From sequence record DRR723986_1312: a DNA stretch of 64,000 bases; one strand, 5' to 3'. Of this stretch, positions 19,681-27,865 are shown in pieces; positions within the stretch are counted from its first letter, which is position 1; each line of letters starts with the position of its first letter. Under the pieces are notes generated by a model. That model saw only the letters and a list, made by a program, of their open reading frames with translations, searched no databases and had not been told where the DNA came from. The translations under genes and the position numbers were made by a program.

Positions 19681-20271
19681 ATGAGAACAACTAATGTAAA
19701 CCAACCCGCAACGAACACCTTCAGCCGAAAAGCAAGAATTACCGGTGCTGTTATGCTTTCCGCATTTTGTCTAGTCGGAATGACATCATGCGAAGATGAT
19801 GAGGATGATCCGATTCTGAATACCTATAACCAGCAGGACAGAAACTTCGCTATGTCTTCTTCTCAGTACCTAAATGCCCAAATCGATTTTGGTCAATTGG
19901 CGCTCGATAATGGAGAAGACGACTCTGTGCTAGAATATGGTACTATGCTAACTACTGAAAATACAGAAAGTAAAACAGAGCTAGAAGGACTTCTTGCGGA
20001 TACGGATGTAGAAATTTCATCAGAAATTTCCAGTGCTATGCAGGCTAAATTTGATGAATTGGAAATGTTGTCAGGAGAAGAGTTTGATGAAGCTTTTATT
20101 GATTTTCAATTAGAACTGCTAAATGATTCCATGTCAATGTTTGAAAATCAGAATGACAATGGAGAGAACAACTCTTTGAAGGATTTTGCTGATAAAACCT
20201 TAGGCAAGACGAAAGATCAACGAGAAGATGCCGTTTTGGTGAAGACTGAAATAGATATCGAAAATATTTAA
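19681..20271 (+). CDS. DUF4142-like acidic lipoprotein (ferritin-like fold)
   Basis: Lipobox GMTSC, QDRNFA...GQLA, LSGEEFDEAFI and LKDFADKTL. Confidence 0.75.
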   Translation: MRTTNVNQPATNTFSRKARITGAVMLSAFCLVGMTSCEDDEDDPILNTYNQQDRNFAMSSSQYLNAQIDFGQLALDNGEDDSVLEYGTMLTTENTESKTELEGLLADTDVEISSEISSAMQAKFDELEMLSGEEFDEAFIDFQLELLNDSMSMFENQNDNGENNSLKDFADKTLGKTKDQREDAVLVKTEIDIENI

Positions 20272-20337
20272 GTATAAGAAGTCAGAATGTAGATGGAGCT
20301 GATTAACCCAGCGACAAATGCGTGATGATTTCTTTAG

Positions 20338-20370
20338 AGCCGGTTTTCCGAAAGGGAGCCGGCTTTTTTT
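20338..20370 (+). terminator. Rho-independent terminator after the DUF4142 gene
   Basis: AGCCGGTTTTCC-GAAA-GGGAGCCGGCT followed by a T-run. Confidence 0.8.
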
Positions 20371-20517
20371 GTTTTTACCACAGAGGCATTATAGTTGTCC
20401 TGCTTCCCCTGAAGCAGGATACCAGTTTGAAAGTAAAGAGTCTTGAATAATCTTGGATAAAAGTATCTCTGCGAATCTCCGCAATAGCTCAGTGCACTTT
20501 GCGGTTTAAAAAACCTT

Positions 20518-22026
20518 TCAGAAAAATTTACTAGCAACCTCTTGAGCTTCCTCAAAACTCTGATAGCCACAAATCACAGCTTCAAAATCAGTAAGATTTC
20601 CAAGATGTTTTAGAGCCAAAGGATTTCCAAAATGAACCAAAATGCATGACTTGGTTTGAGCTAGGTTTTTGATTTCAGCCAAAATCTCTTCCTCCACTCC
20701 AAACTGATTCAGTGGTTTGTGGGAGGGGACAAAAAGAGAAATGATTACTTTTTTAGCTTTTTCAAGCGAAATTTTAATTAAATCTGAAGCAAATTTTTGA
20801 TTAAGCTTTTTTGAGAAAACTGATTCCTCTTTTTCGTAGAAACTCTGAAGAGCAAGTTTTCCTTCACTTGCCAATTTCCTCAGTTCTTCAGAATCAATTT
20901 TCCCAGATACAAGAGAAACGTATTCTATTGCAAGCTGGGATTGTAATGCTGAATGACTTTCCCAATCGAACTTATGAAGATCTAAAGACTTAAAATCAAA
21001 CACTCCCAACTGCTTTTTAAGCGTCCATATTTTCTTAAATACCTCTTCAATTTCTTCCTCAGAGGCATTTTTAGAAATCTGCTCAATTCCTTCTTTCACG
21101 TGATCCGAAAAACATAAAATATCATTGCCTGCATGGAAGGCTTCCCATTCGAGTTGGCCAGGCTCTGGAAACAAGTCAGCAACTGCTTTCATATTAAGTG
21201 CATCAGAGATGACGATTCCATCAAATCCCATCTCGACTTTTAGTAAATCAGTAATGACCTCACGAGAGATACTTGCGGCGATTTCCTTTCCTCCAGACAA
21301 TGCCGGCGCCGCCAGATGCCCAACCATGATCATTTCTACACCTTGATCTATTCCATGTTGAAAAGGTATTAGTTCTTCTTTTTCCAGTTCTTCCTTTGTC
21401 TTCAAAATGACTGGAAGGCCTAAATGAGAATCCGTTTGCGTATCTCCGTGTCCTGGGAAATGTTTCAGACAAGCTCCAATTTCAGCCTTTTTCATTCCTT
21501 GATACATTGCTATTGATAGCTCAGCTACTTTTTGGGGATCTGTGCCAAAGGATCTGTAGCCAATCACCGGATTGTTTGGATTGGTATTTACATCGGAGCA
21601 AGGAGCCAAGTTTAGGTGAATTCCAGCCTTTTTCATGTCCAGACCAATTCTAAAGCCAACCTCCTCTAGTAGTTCTGGTGCATTTTCGGTGATAGCTCCA
21701 AGAGTAATCGCAAAGGGATATTGAGGAGTTTTCTCTATTCGCATTGCCAGACCATATTCTCCGTCAATGCTGATTAGTAAAGGTGTTTTTGATATGGCTT
21801 GATAGCGGTTGATCAGGCCTATCATCTTTTCCAATGTTCCACTGACATCCAATACTTCTGCTCTTTTCTCAAAATTTGCAGCAGCAGAATGCCGGCTGTG
21901 GAAAAATGTCAATCCACCGATTTCCTGATCAAGAATCAGTTTTTCAATTGCTTGGTAATTTTCCTCTGTGTCATGAATAAATGCAGCAGGAGAGAAGCAT
22001 TGGGCGATTTTTTGGTGGAAATTCAT
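20518..22026 (-). CDS. GH3 beta-N-acetylglucosaminidase (NagZ-like), cytoplasmic
   Basis: SIDGEYG, NPVIGYRSFG, the NagZ signature KHFPGHGDTQTDSH, and ISDALNM. No signal peptide. Confidence 0.9.
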   Translation of the reverse strand: MNFHQKIAQCFSPAAFIHDTEENYQAIEKLILDQEIGGLTFFHSRHSAAANFEKRAEVLDVSGTLEKMIGLINRYQAISKTPLLISIDGEYGLAMRIEKTPQYPFAITLGAITENAPELLEEVGFRIGLDMKKAGIHLNLAPCSDVNTNPNNPVIGYRSFGTDPQKVAELSIAMYQGMKKAEIGACLKHFPGHGDTQTDSHLGLPVILKTKEELEKEELIPFQHGIDQGVEMIMVGHLAAPALSGGKEIAASISREVITDLLKVEMGFDGIVISDALNMKAVADLFPEPGQLEWEAFHAGNDILCFSDHVKEGIEQISKNASEEEIEEVFKKIWTLKKQLGVFDFKSLDLHKFDWESHSALQSQLAIEYVSLVSGKIDSEELRKLASEGKLALQSFYEKEESVFSKKLNQKFASDLIKISLEKAKKVIISLFVPSHKPLNQFGVEEEILAEIKNLAQTKSCILVHFGNPLALKHLGNLTDFEAVICGYQSFEEAQEVASKFF

Positions 22027-22176
22027 TGAAAGATTTGAAAATTGAAAGATTGCAAAATTATTCTTAGTAGCCAGTTATCTTCTTGAAGTCACTCTGAGCT
22101 AAGTCGAAGAGTTAGAAATAGAGGTTTTGACTGAAGTGCCTATGAGTCTCGTAAATCGTAAATCCGAATTCCGAAA

Positions 22177-23442
22177 TCACTCTAGTTTCTTCCCAAACTC
22201 CTTTGGATACTTCACACTTGCAGCAATTGCTAGCGCTGGGATCATCGCAATTCCCACCCAGACAAAGAATCCAGTGTAGCCCAGCCATTCTTGAATGTAG
22301 CCGGAAAGCATTCCTGGAAACATCATTCCCATTGCCATAAAGCCGGTCGCTAATGCATAATGGGAAGTTTTGAAGAGGCCTTCGGCTAAATAAATCAGAA
22401 ATATCATATAGGCAGCGAACCCAAAACCATAACCAAATTGCTCAACGACCACGACCGTTCCAGCAAAGAATATATTCTCAGGTTGAAAATATGCCAAGGC
22501 TATGTAGAGTAGATTTGGAAGGTTAAGTGAAAGGGCCATCGGGATCATCCACTTGCCCAACCCATCTCTGGAAATGGCTATTCCGCCAAGAATTCCCCCA
22601 AGTAGCAAAGCGATCACTCCGATAGTTCCGTACATAAATCCCACTGCAGAAGTGCTTAAGGCCAATCCTCCTTTTTCTTTGACATCTAGTAAAAATGGAG
22701 AAGCCATTTTCACCAACTGAGACTCTCCGAGTCTATAGAGAAGGACAAAAGCCAGCGAGAGTCCTATGTTTTTCTTGGTGAAAAAGGTGGTAAATACTTT
22801 TCCAAAGCTAGCTTCCTGAGTAGTTTTCTCTTTGGATTCTTCTTCTACTTTTGGAGTAGAGAAATAATTGATCGCGGTTAGAATAATCATCAAAACTGCC
22901 ACGATGATCATAGTAAAGGACCATGCCTTAGTATTATCTCCCAAAGAAGTTTCCAAATATCCGGCGACCATGACTATCAGACCTTGCCCTGTAATCATTC
23001 CAATGCGATAGAATGTTCCTCGTAAACCCACAAAGAAAGACTGCTGCTCAGGTTTTAGAGCGATGAGATACATTCCGTCTGAGGCAATGTCATTCGTGGC
23101 AGAAGCAAAAGCTCCCATCCAGAAAAATGCCAGTGTCATAAAAAAGAAATTGCTGCCAGCAGTAGTCAGACCAACTCCCAAAAATACTAAAGCAAGAACT
23201 AGTTGCATGCTTAGAAACCATTTCCTTTTGGTGCCAATAAGATCTACAATCGGGCTCCAGATAGGTTTGATCACCCATGGCAAGTAAAGTAAACTGGTGT
23301 ACAATCCGATATCAGAATTGGAGACACCGAGCTTTTTGTACATAATTACCGATACGACGATGATGACGATATACGGAATTCCTTCAGTCATGTAAAGTGA
23401 AGGAATCCAGACCCATGGAGTTCTTTGAGTGGATTTGCTCAT
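22177..23442 (-). CDS. AmpG-like MFS permease
   Basis: About 12 TM segments, with SLYMTEGIP, LPWVIKPIWSPIVD and FASATNDIASDG. Confidence 0.85.
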   Translation of the reverse strand: MSKSTQRTPWVWIPSLYMTEGIPYIVIIVVSVIMYKKLGVSNSDIGLYTSLLYLPWVIKPIWSPIVDLIGTKRKWFLSMQLVLALVFLGVGLTTAGSNFFFMTLAFFWMGAFASATNDIASDGMYLIALKPEQQSFFVGLRGTFYRIGMITGQGLIVMVAGYLETSLGDNTKAWSFTMIIVAVLMIILTAINYFSTPKVEEESKEKTTQEASFGKVFTTFFTKKNIGLSLAFVLLYRLGESQLVKMASPFLLDVKEKGGLALSTSAVGFMYGTIGVIALLLGGILGGIAISRDGLGKWMIPMALSLNLPNLLYIALAYFQPENIFFAGTVVVVEQFGYGFGFAAYMIFLIYLAEGLFKTSHYALATGFMAMGMMFPGMLSGYIQEWLGYTGFFVWVGIAMIPALAIAASVKYPKEFGKKLE

Positions 23443-23918
23443 GATTTTCGGATCAGATTTTCATAAATACTCACTTCAGATCCATCTATTATTTTCGCGT
23501 TAACTGTCTTTTCGTAAAATTCTGCCGGTCCGACACCCCCAATGATAGCATATGCATAGCCTATTTCTCTCATGGATTCCAGTGATTTTATGAGGAGAAT
23601 TTTACCAATTCCTTTTCCTCGCTCAGATTCCAGAGTGCCAGTTGGTCCAAAAAAGTTTTTTGCTGTGCTCTCATAGCAGGCAAATCCCAGGATTTCATTT
23701 CCTCTTTGCGCAAGCCAGCATGAGATAGGCTGTCTGCTAAAAGCTACTTCTACTTCTGACTGCCAATATTCTCCGAAATGCTCCAATACCCAATCGCTTA
23801 CAAGATGTTTCTCAGGTGCAATGGCTCTGCGAAAGACAATATTCTCCTTTTTAAATAGGCGTGCTTCTTCAAGAGAAACATCCGGCAAACCGATCAATCG
23901 GACAAGCATGTCTTGCAT
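23439..23918 (-). CDS. GNAT family N-acetyltransferase
   Basis: FFGPTGTLESERGKGIGKILL acetyl-CoA motif A, and YAIIGG...FYEK. Confidence 0.88.
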   Translation of the reverse strand: MQDMLVRLIGLPDVSLEEARLFKKENIVFRRAIAPEKHLVSDWVLEHFGEYWQSEVEVAFSRQPISCWLAQRGNEILGFACYESTAKNFFGPTGTLESERGKGIGKILLIKSLESMREIGYAYAIIGGVGPAEFYEKTVNAKIIDGSEVSIYENLIRKS

Positions 23919-23928
23919 AAGTAGTGAT

Positions 23929-25563
23929 TTAGGGGATTTGGTAAACTTGAGTTTGGACGATTCTTCCGTAATGGTCTATCCAGCGGATGGCCAGGTATTC
24001 CGTGTTCAAACTTTTCACTTCCAAAGTTCTAGCTCGCATTCCACCTACCCAGACAGGGTGAATTTCTGAATCAGCTAGCTTATTTAGATCGTTTGCACCT
24101 TGGATCAATGCATAGCGAATTGCAGGGTCAAGTGGATTTGCCATTCGGATCGAAGTCAGCTCTGAATTTGCTTCCACGCTGAATACAACCGGCGTATCTA
24201 TAATTGATGGACTTTTAGGTTGGAATGATGGAGGCAAAGTAGGCTCGTTATACAATTCACTTTTTAGTAATTGAGCAACATCCTGATTTTTGATTTTCAT
24301 GGACTTTGCCGAGAAAAAAGCATTTCCCTGAATAGTTGGAAGCGTACGAGTGTATGAAATTTGATTGTTTATCTCACGAGGGTTGTCCCACGCAGCGTCG
24401 GAATCATCACGGATTTTGTATGGGCCATTTCCTATGTAAATATTGGTGTTATAATGGTTTTTCGCCCACCAGTCATTTAGGATTCTGTGTGAAGCCAGCT
24501 TATGATCCATGCTCCAATAGAGTTGAGGAATCATGTAATCTACCCAGCCATTTTTCATCCAAAGTAAGACATCTGCATAGAGATCATCATAGTTCGTCTG
24601 TCCGGCGCGGGTTGGTGAACCTTTGGGATCTTTGTCTTGATTTCTCCAAACACCAAATGGGGAAATGCCAAACTGCACCCAAGGTTTACTTTGCCTGATG
24701 GTTTGGTTCAGTGCCAAAATCAATTGGTTGACGTTGTCTCGTCTCCAGTCATCCTGTGATTGGCCAGGCTTTTTGTATTTGTCATAGGTGACTTTATCCG
24801 GGAAATCCAACTTAGCAACTTTATAGGGATAGAAATAGTCATCAAAATGAATGGCATCGATGTCATAGTTGTCTACAATTTCCTTAATCACTGCTAATAA
24901 ATGAGCCTTCACCTCAGGCAAACCAGGATTGTAATAATACTTAGTGTCGTATTTCAGCATCCAGTCACGGTGCAAATTATAATCGTGGTCTGAGCTAAGG
25001 TCTGCCGTGTTTAGATTCATTGTGGCCCGGTAAGGATTGAGCCATGCATGGAATTCCAGTCCTCTTGCGTGAGCTTCCTGAATCATCCAAGTCAATGGGT
25101 TTTCCGTAGTGTTAGGGGCTTTTCCTTGTTTTCCTGTCAGGTATTTAGACCAAGGAGCTAGATTACTTGGGTAAAAAGCATCGCCTGCAGTTCTAACTTG
25201 AACGATTACTGCGTTAAAATTAAGGTTTTTGTAATAATCCAATAAGTTGATGAAATCCTGCTTTTGCTTGGTGTAGGCATCATCCGGAGAAATAGGCCAA
25301 TCGATATTTGCCACGGTCGCGATCCACACTCCACGAAATTCCCGCGGCATTTCCTGCATTTGATAAGTAAGTGGCTGCAAAGCAACTGGGGCCATAGTTA
25401 GGGGCTTTTCAGGGAGACTCGTCCCACTTGTTGGAGTGTTCGGTGAATTGCCTATGGTGCCTGTGGGTCTTGTTCCAGACGAAGCAGGTTTTTGTGTTTT
25501 ACAGGCAGAAAATAGGAGGCCAAATGCCAAAATGAGAAAGAGATGCCTAGAAAGGAATTTCAT
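23929..25563 (-). CDS. GHL10 / YddW(DigH)-like glycoside hydrolase lipoprotein (probable ATG at 25563)
   Basis: Lipobox LFSAC, REFRGVWIATVANIDWP, FHAWLNPYR, HFDDYFYP, FGISPFG and DYMIPQLYW. Confidence 0.9.
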   Translation of the reverse strand: MKFLSRHLFLILAFGLLFSACKTQKPASSGTRPTGTIGNSPNTPTSGTSLPEKPLTMAPVALQPLTYQMQEMPREFRGVWIATVANIDWPISPDDAYTKQKQDFINLLDYYKNLNFNAVIVQVRTAGDAFYPSNLAPWSKYLTGKQGKAPNTTENPLTWMIQEAHARGLEFHAWLNPYRATMNLNTADLSSDHDYNLHRDWMLKYDTKYYYNPGLPEVKAHLLAVIKEIVDNYDIDAIHFDDYFYPYKVAKLDFPDKVTYDKYKKPGQSQDDWRRDNVNQLILALNQTIRQSKPWVQFGISPFGVWRNQDKDPKGSPTRAGQTNYDDLYADVLLWMKNGWVDYMIPQLYWSMDHKLASHRILNDWWAKNHYNTNIYIGNGPYKIRDDSDAAWDNPREINNQISYTRTLPTIQGNAFFSAKSMKIKNQDVAQLLKSELYNEPTLPPSFQPKSPSIIDTPVVFSVEANSELTSIRMANPLDPAIRYALIQGANDLNKLADSEIHPVWVGGMRARTLEVKSLNTEYLAIRWIDHYGRIVQTQVYQIP

Positions 25564-25663
25564 GCGATAATAATTTTTTTCGGTGGGCACATGGAATCTC
25601 ACAGGATTTAGATGCATTCCACATTGTGACGCTTGAGCTTTGCTCGATTTCATAAATGGGTAA

Positions 25664-26347
25664 TCAGAGCGTTGGTACAGGTTTCAAATTTAAATCTTCC
25701 AGATTTTTTCGGAGTTTCTTCATAAAGCTTTCTCCTGGATCGGTTTTTACCGTGCGATAGTCTGGATCGGCTTCTTTCCAAAGATCTGTAGACTGGAAGT
25801 TTTGGTATTCATGATGTCCAATGACGTATTCAATGGCATATTTTCTTTCCAGATATCTGATCAAGTCTTCGTTGGCTTTCAGCTGCTTTTTAGTCAGTGG
25901 CATATCATCACCTCCAATATTTTCTACACCAATCGCAAGGTAATTCAGACCAATTGTGTGTCTGGCAAATGTAGTGTCCGGCAATAGCCTAAAAATCGTG
26001 CCGTCGCGATCAATGAGAAACTGACTGGAAACATTTAAGTTACTCGCGCCAGTCAGATCTGCTCTTCCGGCTAATGTTGGGGCATCAAATACATCAAATG
26101 TCACTTCGATATTATCAATAGCAGTCCAGTGAACTACCACCATTTTGGGGTCAATGGAAGCAGTTTCTTGATCTAGCCCATGACGATCTTTGAGGTATTT
26201 CAATGAAAGTTCTTCCCGATCTTGATTCCATGTGATTGGTTTTTCTATAATTCGGAAGGTGGGTTTTGGGCTGCAGGAAATCTGAAAAAGTGAAAGAATA
26301 CAGATTGCGGTTAGAATGAAAATCGTATTTAATGAATTGATATTCAT
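25664..26347 (-). CDS. N-acetylmuramoyl-L-alanine amidase (Amidase_2) lipoprotein
   Basis: Lipobox QISC, VVHWT, SSQFLIDRDGTI, ARHTIGLN, IGVENIG, VIGH and KTDPG. Confidence 0.9.
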   Translation of the reverse strand: MNINSLNTIFILTAICILSLFQISCSPKPTFRIIEKPITWNQDREELSLKYLKDRHGLDQETASIDPKMVVVHWTAIDNIEVTFDVFDAPTLAGRADLTGASNLNVSSQFLIDRDGTIFRLLPDTTFARHTIGLNYLAIGVENIGGDDMPLTKKQLKANEDLIRYLERKYAIEYVIGHHEYQNFQSTDLWKEADPDYRTVKTDPGESFMKKLRKNLEDLNLKPVPTL

Positions 26348-26445
26348 GGTTTTGTATAGGATTTTGTGCGCGAATTCAAGATGGGGTAATATTGCTTTTC
26401 ACAGCTAAACTACCCAGAAATTTGGAGGATAGACAAGGAATGAGC

Positions 26446-26498
26446 GCAATTTTTTGCCGGATTTTTCAACTCATGAATAATTTTGCAAGTTTTTGCCG
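26446..26498. promoter_or_regulatory. Candidate DeoR operator pair in the divergent promoter
   Basis: GCAATTTTTTGCCG (26446-26459) and GCAAGTTTTTGCCG (26485-26498) are 13/14 identical, and each contains a GCAA-N4-TTGC palindrome. Confidence 0.55.
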
Positions 26499-26534
26499 TT
26501 TTTCTTACTTTCCCAAACTAAACGCTATTATTCC

Positions 26535-27284
26535 ATGCTCAAAGAAGAACGACAGAAGTATATTTTGGATCAAGTCCATCTTCATCATAGAGTTTTACTC
26601 AATGACTTATCAGAATCTTTGAATGTATCAATAGATACCGTAAGGCGGGATGTGAAGGAGTTAGACAATGAGAAAAAGCTAAAGAAAGTCCATGGTGGGG
26701 CGACTTCCTTTGGGTTTATGACGTTCACCAAAGACGATGGAAATATCTATTTGAAGTCTAAGAAAATATCCATTGCAGAAAAGACTATCTCATTACTCTC
26801 TGATGGGCAAGTGATCCTCATGAGTGGAGGAACGACTAATATGGAAGTTGCTAAGCTTATTCCTAAAAAGCTGGACTTAACTGTATTTACGCCAAGTTTG
26901 CACGTAGCAATGGCTTTACTCGATCATGAAAATGTAGAGGTGATATTTCTTGGTGGTAAACTTTTGCACGATGCCAAATTCGCAGTGGGAGGGACTGTCG
27001 TAAATGCGCTTTCTCAACTTCGCGTTGATCTGTGTATCCTGGGTACAGGCTATTTGGATGCTAAGTTTGGGTTGACAGAATTTGACTGGGAAGTGATTCA
27101 AGTGAAGCAAGCGATGATCAGAGCGGCAAAAAAGACAGTGATTTTGACGGTTTCCGATAAGCTACATTCCGTGCAAAAATACAAGACATGTGATATGAGT
27201 GCAGTACATACTTTAGTTACAGAGCTTGATCCTTCTGATCCACTTTTGGATGCGTTTAGGCCGTTTGAGTTGGTGCTGGTTTGA
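26535..27284 (+). CDS. DeoR/GlpR family transcriptional regulator (probable ATG at 26535)
   Basis: MLKEERQKYIL, HTH VSIDTVRRD, KVHGGA and GGTTN. Confidence 0.93.
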   Translation: MLKEERQKYILDQVHLHHRVLLNDLSESLNVSIDTVRRDVKELDNEKKLKKVHGGATSFGFMTFTKDDGNIYLKSKKISIAEKTISLLSDGQVILMSGGTTNMEVAKLIPKKLDLTVFTPSLHVAMALLDHENVEVIFLGGKLLHDAKFAVGGTVVNALSQLRVDLCILGTGYLDAKFGLTEFDWEVIQVKQAMIRAAKKTVILTVSDKLHSVQKYKTCDMSAVHTLVTELDPSDPLLDAFRPFELVLV

Positions 27285-27450
27285 GTATTTACTTTGTCTA
27301 AGAATAAATTGTGGTTTTATAAACAACCTCGAAGAGTTGAATTGATTTTAGATAGTTAACCCTTACAGATTTTATCAAAAACCCTGAAAGGGTGATATCT
27401 TATTGAGTCTTCCAAGCATCCTCCGTGAACTTGAGAGGTTAAAAACCACA

Positions 27451-27480
27451 AAAAAAAGCTTCCCATTTCTGAGAAGCTTT
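27451..27480 (-). terminator. Terminator after the HMA gene
   Basis: AAAGCTTC/GAAGCTTT stem with a + strand A-run (U-tail on the minus strand). Confidence 0.65.
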
Positions 27481-27487
27481 CGATTAT

Positions 27488-27844
27488 TTAATGATCTTTT
27501 TTATGAGGGATGTCGTCATCATGTGCGCCGTCTTTACAGCATTCGTCAAGCTTAGCGTATGCTTTTGGGTCACGCTTCAGTGAGTCTGCATTGTACCCGA
27601 CCATGGTTATGCGTTTTCTAAGCTTGTCTGGGTCTGTCTTGGAATCTAGGTAGGCAATGTTCAGCACCTTGGTTTCCAAGTCTAAGTTCACAGACTTAAC
27701 TCCTTTTTCGAAGGTTAAATCCTTTTCCAACGTTTCCTTACACATCTCGCATATAGCTGATGTTTTGATGCCGATAGTTTTTACTTGCGCTTGTGCCGCA
27801 AATGCAAAAGCAGCGATAAAGAAGGTTAAGATTAATTTTTTCAT
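27488..27844 (-). CDS. Exported heavy-metal-associated (HMA) domain protein
   Basis: Signal peptide, CEMC motif, C-terminal LDECC and a His-containing tail. Confidence 0.85.
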   Translation of the reverse strand: MKKLILTFFIAAFAFAAQAQVKTIGIKTSAICEMCKETLEKDLTFEKGVKSVNLDLETKVLNIAYLDSKTDPDKLRKRITMVGYNADSLKRDPKAYAKLDECCKDGAHDDDIPHKKDH

Positions 27845-27865
27845 CTGTTTAATATTTAAGATTTC

